A stretch of DNA of 60,000 bases, taken from positions 65,288,001-65,348,000 of the forward strand of contig CM059438.1 in NCBI GenBank assembly GCA_030390025.1, given 5' to 3'. Below are positions 1 to 10,461 of the stretch, piece after piece. The DNA comes from Squalus acanthias. Its lineage: Eukaryota. Each line of letters begins with the position of its first letter. Positions within the stretch are counted from its first letter, which is position 1. Made by a program: the position numbers and the translations under genes. The notes under the pieces are model-generated. The model did no database searches, was not told the DNA's origin, and was given only the letters and a program-made list of their open reading frames with translations.

Positions 1-735
1 AGGAGAGAGGTGCACAGGAGAGGTGCACAGGAGAGAGGGGCACAGGAGGAAGGTGCACAGGAGGGAGGGGCACAGGAGGGAGGTGCTCAGGAGAGAGGTG
101 CACAGGAGAGAGGGGTACAGGAGGGAGGTGCACAGGAGGGAGGTGCACAGGAGAGAGGTGCACAGGAGAGAGGGGCACAGGAGGGAGGTGCACAGAAGGG
201 AGGTGCGCAGGAGAGAGGTGCACAGGAGGGAGGTGCACAGAAGGGAGGTGCACAGGAGAGAGGTGCACAGGAGGGAGGGGTACAGGAGGGAGGTGCACAG
301 GAGAGAGGTGCACAGGAGGGAGGTGCACAGGAGGGAGGGGCACAGGAGGGAGGTGCGCAGGAGAGAGGTGCTCAGGAGGGAGGTGCACAGGAGAGAGGGG
401 TACAGGAGGGAGGTGCACAGGAGAGAGGTGCACAGGAGGGAGGTGCACAGGAGGGAGGGGCACAGGAGGGAGGTGCGCAGGAGAGAGGTGCTCAGGAGGG
501 AGGTGCACAGAAGGGAGGTGCACAGGAGAGGTGCACAGGAGGGAGGTGCACAGGAGAGAGGGGCACAGGAGGGAGGTGCTCAGGAGGGAGGTGCACAGAA
601 GGGAGGTGCACAGGAGAGAGGTGCACAGGAGAGAGGTGCACAGGAAGGAGGTGCACAGGAGAGATTTGCACAGGAGGGAGCGAAGGAGGTGTACACACAA
701 GAGTCGCACAGGTGGGAGGTGCTCAGGAGAGAGGA
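1..735. repeat. 15-bp purine-rich minisatellite (consensus ~CAGGAG(A/G)GAGGTGCA), runs off the window start
   Basis: Direct tandem periodicity; gives stop-free GAQE(R/G) and VHRRE peptide repeats in the ORF track; degenerates after ~660. Confidence 0.97.
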
Positions 736-888
736 GCAGGACAGCGGGCCACATCACTCATCTTTGGATGAGGAGAATTTTGAGGAGGAGGAGGAGGAAG
801 AGGATAGGGCACCATCACCAGATCAGCCGCTTACGTTGCTGCCAGGGATGCCCTAATTTCGGGAAGGTTCACCTGGTGTGAAACATGA
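736..888 (+). pseudogene. C-terminal end of Harbinger (HARBI1-like) transposase
   Basis: Acidic run DEENFEEEEEEED, then in another frame ARDALISGRFT, matching the EEEEEED...ARDALIFARFA end of the copy-3 transposase. Confidence 0.7.
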
Positions 889-1507
889 CAAATGAAATGT
901 TGCAGTTTGCTCCCACCACCAGGACCACTACCCGCCTTCCCCCGCCCTTTTGCACGAAACAGTCCATTCAACCACTCATCCGCCAATGAGTCCCGTCCAG
1001 CATTGACATTCATCATGCAACATTTGAAAGGACGAGTTGACACTCGGTGCAATAATGGGCAAGGCTTGGAAGTGTTGCTAATCAATAAATTTTACGTGGC
1101 ATTATAAAAAAAGTAAATTTAAAATCAGAACATGTTGTCAAACACCCATGTGCATACCCTTGGTGAAATACAATTTCAGCAATTTATGCTTCCAACTGCT
1201 TCTATGTGGTGCATCCCGTGTGGCTTCAGCAAAGTTAAAGGCAGGCTTCTCGATAATTGCCCTGACTACTGAGATGCTTTTGGCCTATGCCCTCTGGGTT
1301 TTGGAGCCCCTGAGGGCCCCAGCAAAGACTGCTCCACCTGCATCTGTGCAAGTGCAGACTCAGCCATCGGGAGACGAGGCAGCATGTCAGGTACTGGCTG
1401 AGGAGGGGAGCAACGGGTGAGAAGTGTGGGCGCTTTGAGTAGACTTCCCACTTCCATGTCTCCTTTCACCATGATTCCTTTCCTGGGGCAGCACCACATC
1501 ACTCCTA

Positions 1508-1921
1508 CTGGTGCCTCACAGCGCCAGAGACCCGGGTTCGAATCTGACCTCGGGTGACTGTCTGTGTGGAGTTTGCACATTCTCCCCGTGTCTGCGTGGG
1601 TTTCCTCCGGGTGCTCCGGTTTCCTCCCACAGTCCAAAAATGTGCGGGTTAGGTTGATTTGGCTATGATAAATTGACCCTTAGTGTTAGGGGGGATTAAA
1701 TATGTGGGGTTATGGGGATAGGATGGGATATGTTAGGGGGAATTAAATACATGGGGTTACGGGGGTAGGGTGGGCTATGTGTACTGTGGGGATTAAAGCA
1801 GGGACAGGGTACTGGATTTGGATGATCAGCCATGATCGTATTGAATGGCGGAGCAGGCTCGACGGGCCGAATGGCCTACTCCTGCTCCTAGATTCTATGT
1901 TTCTATGTTTCTATGTTTCTA
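1508..1921 (+). mobile_element. HE1-like V-SINE (tRNA-derived head, V-domain, CR1/HER1-derived tail)
   Basis: B-box GGGTTCGAATC; V-domain GTGTGGAGTTTGCACATTCTCCCCGTGTCTGCGTGGGTTTCCTCCGGGTGCTCCGGTTTCCTCCCACA; tail shared with CR1 3' UTRs in this window, ending (TTCTATGT)n. Confidence 0.9.
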
Positions 1922-2234
1922 CCAGTCTGCTGCAGACCGGATTGGTAAAGATCAGTGACACGCTGGAAGGCCATGGATAAGGTATCTGTCATCCGGTTTA
2001 AGGCAGCAGACAAGTTCACATCCAAAGTCTGCACGGCTGTGGTCATGGCCTGCATGAACTCATTTGAGAGCCTTGCTTGAAGCTCCATGGAGGCGGCCAC
2101 TCTCTCCATGGCAGACATTCTCGCAATTCCCTGTGCCACCAATCCACTGGCGATCGAGATTGACTCCTCCATCCTCTCCGCTATTGTGGCGACTGTGCGT
2201 CACACATCTGTGAGTAACTAGTTGCTGATGCACC

Positions 2235-2990
2235 TAGAATCATAGAAATTTACAGCACAGGAGGAGGCCATTCAGCCCAGCGTGTCTGTGCTGGCCGTAA
2301 AAGAGCTATCCAGCCTAATCCCACTTTTCAGCTCTTAGTCCATAGCCCTGTAGGTTACGACATTTAAGTGCATATCCAAGTACATTTTAAATGCAATAAC
2401 GGTTTCTGCCTCTACCACCCTTTCAGGCAGTGAGTTCCAGACCCCCACCATCCTCTGGGTGAAAGAATTTCTCCTCAACTCCCCTCTAAACCTTCCACCA
2501 ATTACTTTAAATCTATGCTCCCCTGGTTATTGACCTCTCTGCTAGAGGAAATAGGTCCTTCCTATCCACTCTATCTCAGCCCCTCATAATTTTATACACC
2601 TCAATCAAGTCTCCCCTCAGCCTCTGTTCCAAAGGAAACAACCCCAGCTAATCCAATCTTTCCTCATGACTAAAATTCTCCAATCCTGGCAACATCCTTG
2701 TAAATCTCCTCTGTACCCTCTCTAGTGCAATCACATCCTTCCTGTAATGTGGTGACCAGAACTGTACACAGTATTCTAGTTGTGGTCTAACTAGTATTTT
2801 ATACAGTTCAAGCATAACCTCCCTGCTCTTATATTCTGTGCCTCGGCTAATAAAGGAAAGTTTCCCATATGCCTTCTTAACCACCTTATCTAACGGTCCT
2901 GCTACCTTCAGCGATCTGTGGACATGCACTCCAAGGTTCCTCTGTTCCTCTACACTTCTCAGTATCCTACCATTTATTGTGTATTCCCCT
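2235..2990 (-). mobile_element. CR1 LINE 3' fragment
   Basis: ORF 2648-2929 [33 protein letters not shown]; microsatellite-like tail near 2235; inserted in exon 3 of the Myb gene. Confidence 0.93.
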
Positions 2991-4214
2991 CTATCATTCT
3001 CCTTTTCAACGATAGCCCCCGGGGTTCAGCATCTGTGTCCAGCTGAGCAGAGCTTGGAGAGGATTGCCCCCACCCCCTTCCCCCGACGCAGACTCTCCAC
3101 AGCTGTTCCTGCCACCAGTGTCTGCTCGTGCTCACTTGCGAGGGGTGAATCACCAGATGAAAACCCAACTAACTGTATACGTGGACCCACCGAAGTGCGA
3201 GTATTTGCGCTGGTGGATGGCTGTATGTCCTGTGACGGTGCACCCTCAGAAGGAATGAGGTCCTCAGAGGAATTGTCCTCATGGATGTCCTGCAATACTT
3301 GCTGTACGCATGAAGGCCCTGGAAGATGAAAGGAAGGGATATTAATTAGTCGTGGCAAAGTCACAATCTTGGCAATCACCATACTCAGTTTTTTCATAGT
3401 TCAATGATTAATGAAATGAAGTCAGCATATGTGTTTAAGCCTGTCACCAGCTATCTGCGAGCTCCCTGTCTCTCCATCTCCGACTGAGAGGGATGCAGAT
3501 GTGCCACTTACCCCTAGGGCGTCCTCCTCTGCATCAGTGAGTTGAACTAGTTGTGGCAGTCCACCTCCTGTCCTCTCCCTCTCCCTTGCGTTTTGCACTC
3601 TCTTCTTCTACAAGGGGCAAAAAAGCAGACCTGTGAGTGAAGGGGGAGAAAAAACAGACCTATGAGTGAAGGTGAGGTATTCACCTGATGGATGCAGTGC
3701 ATTGGTGAGGGTGACTATGTGACACATGCATCGCATTGCATAAGGATTGGGGTGAATGTCAACGGTGGATGGATAAACGGAGCAATAATGAAGTGCATAG
3801 AAAGCGAAGGCTGGGTGCTCCTGAATGTTGAGTGGGTGTGAGGAATGATGTGACGGAGAACATTTAGCAAGACAGAGTCAAAGGGGGTGGGCTTAAAGCA
3901 TAGGATCCATACAAATCAGAAAATGTACTCACTTTTCCTGACCTGGTTGAGTCATTAAACTGCTTTCTACATTAAATTATGTGACCTGGGCACAATGCTC
4001 CTGCTGTTCAGCTCCTTAGCTACCTCCAACCATACCTTCTTGCTGAGACCAACGGGTTCCTTCCTCCCAGTCCTGGCAAAATGTATGTTTCTCCTCTTCC
4101 TCCTCCAGACTGCACCCAGCAATAATTCCAGCAAGGCATCATTGAATCTGGGTGTTGCCTTTGCTCTATGTCCACCATTCACCCTGAACACCTCTAATTT
4201 CCATTTGTGCACTG

Positions 4215-4232
4215 CCCCTTTAAATACAGCTG
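4215..4232 (-). promoter_or_regulatory. Putative TATA-like core promoter of the copy-1 Myb gene (CAGCTGTATTTAAAGGGG)
   Basis: Equivalent motif CAGCTGCATTTAAGGGG lies upstream of the copy-2 Myb gene at 5033-5049. Confidence 0.4.
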
Positions 4233-5170
4233 AGATTGCGTCATGCGGGTGTGCATCACGCCCGCTGCGCAGCTTGGAGACGCAAAACTTGGAAGTCAAA
4301 ATTAATTGGTATGATTCAGTTGCGATTGCAAATTCCAACTCACACAGTTGACTTCCAAGTCTTCCCCACCCAATTCCACAGCCCCGCCCCCCCCCTCCCC
4401 CCCCCCACCTCACGCTTAGAAGCTGCCTTCATATTAATATCGGGGCCATTGTCTCCATGGTAGCGTGGCTCAGAAGACCTCTTATCATGTTGTTCACAGA
4501 GCAGTGAAATATGGTCATCCCATCGCTGATTGTCATTACCAACTCAGGCAAGAATCTGAAAACTGCAGTACAGAAGTTGGTGCTGCATCAACTATGTGCC
4601 TCCCTGCACCATAAGCAACCCCAGTGATGGTGTTCGAATTTAATTCTTGAAGCAGGTTGTTCCTGGCTACGGTTGACCTTTTTTTTAACCCACAGGAAGG
4701 TTTAGGGTTTGAGTTCCGATATTTGCTTTACTGATCATGAAAATTAATCGAACATCTTATTAATATTATCACTGATTCCAGAAGTAAGTGGTGGGGTGGA
4801 GGGATAAATGGACTTTTATCGCCCCCACCCCCCAAAAAAAAATCCGACTCAGACCATAGGAGGCGGGTTGGAGTCGGATTGGCTGGTCGGCGGGTTCCGG
4901 TCCCGCTGCCGGTTTCAGTCGCTCTGAAATAACTATTTTGCCTTAACTGGGCTTATTAAGCTGGCCGTGCGCGCTACCCGGCCCAATCACTGGGTGCGGG
5001 TCTGCTGCTCGCCTCTGCTAGTGTCTTCCATTCAGCTGCATTTAAGGGGCCCGTGTAGCCCCATTCTGCTGCTTCTCAATGTTACTGATAGCGAGGTGAC
5101 TGCTTCAAGAGCCAAGGCTTCTCCAAGATTCGATGATGACTCCCTCCATGCTCTTGTGGAGGGAGTGAGA

Positions 5171-5294
5171 AAGAAAAGACTTGCATTTATATAGCGCCTT
5201 TCACGACCACCAGACATCTCAAGGCGCTTTACAGCCAATGAAGTACTTTTGAAGTGGAGTCACTGTTGTAATATGGGAAACGCGGCAGCCAATT
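5171..5294 (-). mobile_element. 3' tail of Deu-domain SINE inserted in Myb exon 1
   Basis: Reverse complement of the 3' end of SINE 23187-23662; flanked by TGAGA duplication (5166-5170 / 5295-5299). Confidence 0.85.
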
Positions 5295-5709
5295 TGAGAT
5301 GGCAAAAGGAGATTCTGTTCCCCTCAAATGGACGGAGGAAGCCTCCTCAGCAAACCAAGGTAGCCTGGCTGCAAATTGCTGAGGAGGTGAGCGCTAGGTC
5401 ATTGTGCTCACGCACCTGGGTTCAGTGCCGGAAAAGGTACAATGATCTGCTATGCTCAGCAAAAGTGAGTATAACATCACACTTACCTTCAATCTGCTCC
5501 CCATCTCTTCTCATCACCAGCACTCTGTATTGTCAACCTACTCCTAAACATCCCAACTTACCCTCACATCCCTTGCACCCTTAACCATCCCTCTCTCTCT
5601 ATGTACAGAATCACTGCACCATTCTACTATGCACCCCTCACACTCACTATCACTGCTATGCAATGGCAACAACTAACAACGCACAGGGAGGGCCCTTGGT
5701 ATTGGCACC

Positions 5710-7450
5710 TGTAGGGGGTGGTGTGGTAGGGTCAGATTCACCTCTGACTCAGTGAGCAGTTCGAATCGCTCCCACGCCCCTGGTTCTAGACCGTGGACTT
5801 ATTTGGGGGTTGTGAACAAAGATGCAGTAGACAACAGGTTTTGATGAAAGAGTTTTGACTTTTATTCAAGAAAAAGGTAACAATCTTAAAACACACTTAA
5901 TGCTTAAACACAGGTTGGGGAACACACGGTACAGGCGAGGGAGAAATACAATGTACAAAAAAACCCTTATCCCTCCCAATCCCACTGCCTAGCTAGGTTT
6001 GATTTCAGAGGACCAGGGATAATGCTCACCTCTCCTTGACAGTTCTTGACAGTTGAGGTATTTCGCGATTTCGGGGTTCACTGAGGTGTTTGGTTGTTGG
6101 GGCCTGCCGTACCCCGGACATGGTAGAAGACTCCAGCTGCACTCCAGGTCAGTTTGGGTCTGTCCGCAGTTGCGGTAAGGTGCGTGTTGGATTTTATCAG
6201 GTGAGTACCCGATTTTTCTTCCTTAGAGGTAGGGTTTAGAGTTTTTTAAGGGAAAATCTTACCCAGGGGTAAGTCAGGAATAGTTTGTAGCGTGGAAACT
6301 TGTGTGTCTTCGGTTTTTCCTGGTGTTGGTCTTTCGGTGTCGCCTGGTGGTTGGTTGCTGCGCGGGGCCTTGGTTTCCGTGGTATTTTCAAGTGTCGGTT
6401 TACCTCGTGGAGCCCTTGGCGGCTCTCGTTGTTGGTTTGTTGCGTTGGAGGACTGTCGGGGCAGTACCTCCTGGAGCTGGACTGTGTGTTGAGCGATGCC
6501 GACTCGCTCCCAGCTCGTGTCTCAGCTTTAGCCCTTGCCTGGCCTTGTCTGTCCCTGCCTCTGATCTCGCCTCGGGTCTGCCTGCCTCGTGGCCTGGCTG
6601 CTTGTCTCTCCTCCTGCTCGTGTTGTGTGGCTGACCCGTCTGTGCAACTCGCTGCTTCTTGGGGGATTAGGCCCTCAATTATACTGTTCAGGCCTATTGT
6701 GTTTTCGCGCCAGAACTGCTTCACTAAATCGGTTTCTCGTTGAAGTGATTTAGGTTTCAGTTGAGGCCTGTTTATTCTATTGTCTTAGGTTTTGGTGGGC
6801 TCGTTAAGTCTGATGACTTTAACTTTGTGTTAACTTGTCCTGATGGCTTCCGATGTCTTCCATTTAGACAGGGCCTTTATCTACGCGCCAAATCTCGCTC
6901 CTTTTGTCTTAGGTTTTTGGCGGGCTCGTTAACCTGTTCCTGTAGATACTTGGCTAATCGGTTTTTGATGGGATGATGAGCTATGAAGCTGTGTACTGGA
7001 AGTTTTATTGTTAGGGATTGTTTTCAGACTTCCAGCATCCTGTCTGGACCTGGAGATTTCAAAAGGGTCTTGGTTTATTCATTTTTTTGGATGTGTTTGT
7101 GAGGTTTTGGGTGAGGCTCTTCCTCCTTGGTTGGATTGCAGTGCAAACATCTCCCACACAGCTTGGCTTGGTCCCAATACCCAAAAGCTGTCCACTGCCA
7201 CACCCTTCCCCGCAGTCTGTCTTGTTTCTGTGACTGCAGATTTTCCCAATGGCCCTTTTAAAGGTATAGTATTATCCAAAGTCATTTTCCTCAGGGTTTT
7301 TCTTCCCTGATCCTTAAAAATATCCAAAACTGAGGTTTTGACCTCAAATTCCTTCATTTAGGTCCCATCATTCCAAATTTGTGTTAAGATCCAAAACTCA
7401 CCCCTTTTAGGGTTCTATTCGAGTTTCTGGGGGATTTTGCAAAGCCTACA
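5710..7450 (-). mobile_element. Long solo LTR (1741 bp) of an LTR retrotransposon or endogenous retrovirus
   Basis: TGTAGG...CCTACA inverted termini; perfect 5-bp TSD GCACC (5705-5709 / 7451-7455); AATAAA on the minus strand near 5860; lies in Myb intron 1. Strand inferred. Confidence 0.8.
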
Positions 7451-9124
7451 GCACCTCACTCCATCTTTGTCTCCCTCTAAGCATCTATGCTATGGATTCT
7501 CTACACTCTCCATCAATCTCGCTGAAACTCCACTTGTCTCCCTCATTGCAGGAAAAGGGAGCCCACAATAAGAGGGAGAGGGGGAGGACAGGAGGAGGGC
7601 CACCTTCCATGGTGCACTTAACCACCGTTGAGGAGGCTGCTATCGAGATCGTCAGAGGTGCAGAGGAGCTGGAAGTGGGGGACGGAGAGATGGGTGCAGT
7701 AGAGCAAGCTGGTGATAGATTTGCAACCCTCTCATTTTGATTTCATGAGTGACTGATATGGCATCTGATGTTCATACAGATTGAGTTCTGATTATCTGCA
7801 TAATGGGATTTGTCTGCTACGTTAATATCACATGTCTAACTCATGCCTTTACTCCCCCACAGGACCATCGAGAGCCCCCCTCCCCACTGTCCAGGAGGAA
7901 GAGCCAAAAGACTCCTCAGAGGAAGCTGCAGCCTCTGAGGGAGCAGCGTCAGCAGAAATAAGCACACCCAGCACCAGCGCAGAGACGCACACCTCAGTGG
8001 GTCCTTCGCAAGATAGAGTAGTGTTGTCACTTGGTGTATCACAGCTCACAAGTGAGCATCAGCAGATGGTGGAGACAGGGACAGCAGAGGAGAGTCCTCG
8101 TCGGAGGGCGCTGGACGCTCCTAGCTCTGCTCAGCTGCATGTGGACGCTGTGTCTCTGGGGCCATCCAGAAAGAGAGCGGTGCTGGAGCTTCAGGAACAA
8201 GTGCAGGAGTCTCTGACAGGGTTTGCAACCACTGTAACTGCAAGTGTGCAGAAAATGGAGGAGTCCATCTCAAACATGAGCAATACCGTGGTGCACACAA
8301 TGATGAATGTAGGTGTCGCCATGGAAAGAATAGCAACCTACATGGAGGACATAAATCGCCAAACTCAGATGAACATGGTGACTCTTCTAAATAGATAGTC
8401 TGCTATGGAGGGTAGATGGGCATCTATTGAGGAGAAGCACCAGAGGTACATGGACGTCCCTGTTATGAGGACTGTCAATAAAGAGATGGGTCCTCATGGC
8501 CCCACTGATGTGCAGCAAGGTGCTCTCCAGCTACTTGCTAGCAGTGAAGTGCGGGCGACCCATGAGAGGGATGTTGGTGGTTGACAACAAGGAAGTGTGG
8601 GCTCCTCTCCAAATGCTCACACTCCCATGTCACTGCGGAGCCCTCGATCAGAGCACCAGATTCCTCACCCCACTGAGATGGTCGTCTCAGCCCCTGCACA
8701 GCTGTAGGAGGAGCAGACTGTTGCCGAGCCCTCCCAGGCTCCCTGACCCAGAGGACGCCCGCCAAAGGCATCTAAGCAGGTGCAGCATAGAAGTGAGCAA
8801 GGTGCCTCAACATCTGCTGAAGCCACAGGGGAAGCACGAAGTAGAATCACGCGTAAGAGAAAGTTAACACGCAAATAGTCACAAGGGTAGTCACTTGGGT
8901 GTTTTGATCTAATACAAAGTGAAGTTTCTCATCGTTATTTCAATTATAATAAAGAAATGCGATGGCAAAAATTGAAAGAGTTGGCCTATGTGTGCTCAGA
9001 AATGGAAGTGTCACAGTGAGGGGTCAGGGAGCCTTTCATCTGTAATGATGGTGGTGAGAGTGATAGGAGCCCACAGTTTATTGTACAGATGCTGTATGGT
9101 GTGTTAAGAAGGTCGGCCATACAC

Positions 9125-10350
9125 TCATTTCCGTGTGCCAGCCCTTGCCTCATGGCCAGCAATGAGCTCACGTGCTGGTGAAACAGGAACATCCGCCTCC
9201 GCAAGGTCTTCTTCATCAGCCGCCTCCTCCTCCTTCTCCTCCTCTTCCTCCTCTGAGGAGGAGGCTGTGTGCTGAGCCACTTGTTCCTCAGGCAGCTGGA
9301 AGCCACGCTGCAGTGTGATGTCGTGCAGGGCACAGCAGACCACGATGATCCTGGACACCCTGGCTGGTGCATACTGTAGGGCTCCACCTGATCTGTCGAG
9401 GCATCTGAATCGCATTTTGAGCAAGCCGATGGTTTGCTCTATGATGTTTCTGGTGGAAATGTGGCTCACAATGTAGCGCTCCTTAGTTTCGTTTGATGGC
9501 CTCCTCATCGGTGTCATTAGCCACGTCTTCATGGGATAGCCCTTGTCTCCAAGTAGTCATCTGGAAAGCTAGGTTGGCAGATTGAACAGCTGAGGCACAG
9601 TAGACTGCCGCAGGATGAACGAGTCATGGCAACTGCCAGGGAACTTGGCGCAAACATGCAAAATGTTCTTCCTGTGGTTACACACCAGCTGGACGTTAAG
9701 GGAGTGGAAGCCCTTGCGGTTCACAAATACAGCTGGGTTGTGTTGGGATGCCCTAATGGCCACATGTGTGCAGTCTACGACGCCCTGCACCCTTGGGAAG
9801 CCTGCCATATTTGCAAAGCCATCCACACGCGTGGTTACACTTGCTTCATCCGTGGAGAAGTGGATGTAATTGTGCAACTTTGCAAAGAGGGCATCGGTAA
9901 CCTGCATGATGCAAGTGTGTGCGGCCGACTGGGAGATGCCGCTGATGTCTGCTGCTGATCCCTGGAAGGACACTGAAGCAAAGAAGTTGAGTGCGGTGGT
10001 GACTTTAACAGCCACTGGTAAAGAGTGTCCACCCGCTCCTCTGGGCTCCAGGTGTTGGTGCAGCATTGCGCAGATGTCAGCAACTACCTCTCGCGAAAGT
10101 CGCAGCCTCCTTTGGCATTGCTGCTCACTCATGTTGAGGAAGCTCATCCTCTGCCTGTAAACCCTGTGTTGGAGGTATCTCCTGCGGCGAGGTGCAGCCC
10201 TGTGCTGATGCCCTCTGCAGCATTAGGTGGCTGAGGAGAAGTTTGGCGCTCCTGTTGTTGCTGCTGCTGTTGTGCCTCATTCTGCTGCTGCCGCGGCTGC
10301 TCTTCCTCCGATTCTGAGGACCAGGATGAGAGGATATAAATGGTTCCCAT
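9125..10350 (-). pseudogene. Harbinger (HARBI1-like) DDE transposase, copy 2
   Basis: [80 protein letters not shown]; frameshift near the N-terminus, stops near 9560-9570, truncated C-terminus. Confidence 0.95.
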
Positions 10351-10461
10351 TCTGCTGGTAGATATCTCAGTTGAGGAAGAGATGTTATAAGTGCTCAGTC
10401 AATGTGGGGAGAGGGTTTTCCAAGGAGGTCACAGTTCATATGGATCTCAGCTTAAACACTT

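Larger units (their letters stand above)
1165..4178 (-). pseudogene. Harbinger Myb/SANT-like DNA-binding partner gene, copy 1 (exon 1 ~4178-3933, exon 2 3607-3448, exon 3 3318-~1165, interrupted by CR1 and HE1 SINE)
   Basis: KATPRFNDALLELLL...KKVWLEVAKELNSRS...RKQFND; GT-AG junctions; exon 2 KKRVQNARERERTGGG; exon 3 SEGAPS..PSTSANTRTSVGP, MEESIS..MERVAASME, KPRGHRPK. Confidence 0.8.
1..4385. mobile_element. PIF/Harbinger transposon copy 1 (left part outside the window; degenerate, with nested SINE and CR1)
   Basis: Transposase C-terminus on + (736-888) converging on a 3-exon Myb/SANT-like gene on -; same layout as copies 2 and 3. Right boundary approximate. Confidence 0.75.
5078..8878 (+). 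pseudogene. Harbinger Myb/SANT-like partner gene, copy 2 (exon 1 ~5078-5464, exon 2 7552-7711, exon 3 7863-8878)
   Basis: KASPRFDDDSLHALVEGVR/WQKEILFP...AWLQIAEEVSARSLCSRTWVQCRKRYNDL (Myb/SANT-like Trp pattern); phase-consistent GT-AG junctions; exon 3 keeps frame with stops at 8396, 8582, 8705, 8744. Confidence 0.88.

Noticed and set aside
1..735. CRISPR-like array or genuine repeat-protein genes (253-aa and 277-aa ORFs)
   Set aside because: Head-to-tail 15-mers with no unique spacers, in a eukaryotic context; ORFs are open only because the unit lacks stops
9125..10350. Domesticated host HARBI1 gene
   Set aside because: Multiple disrupted copies inside transposon structures with a Myb partner; nonsense and frameshift lesions
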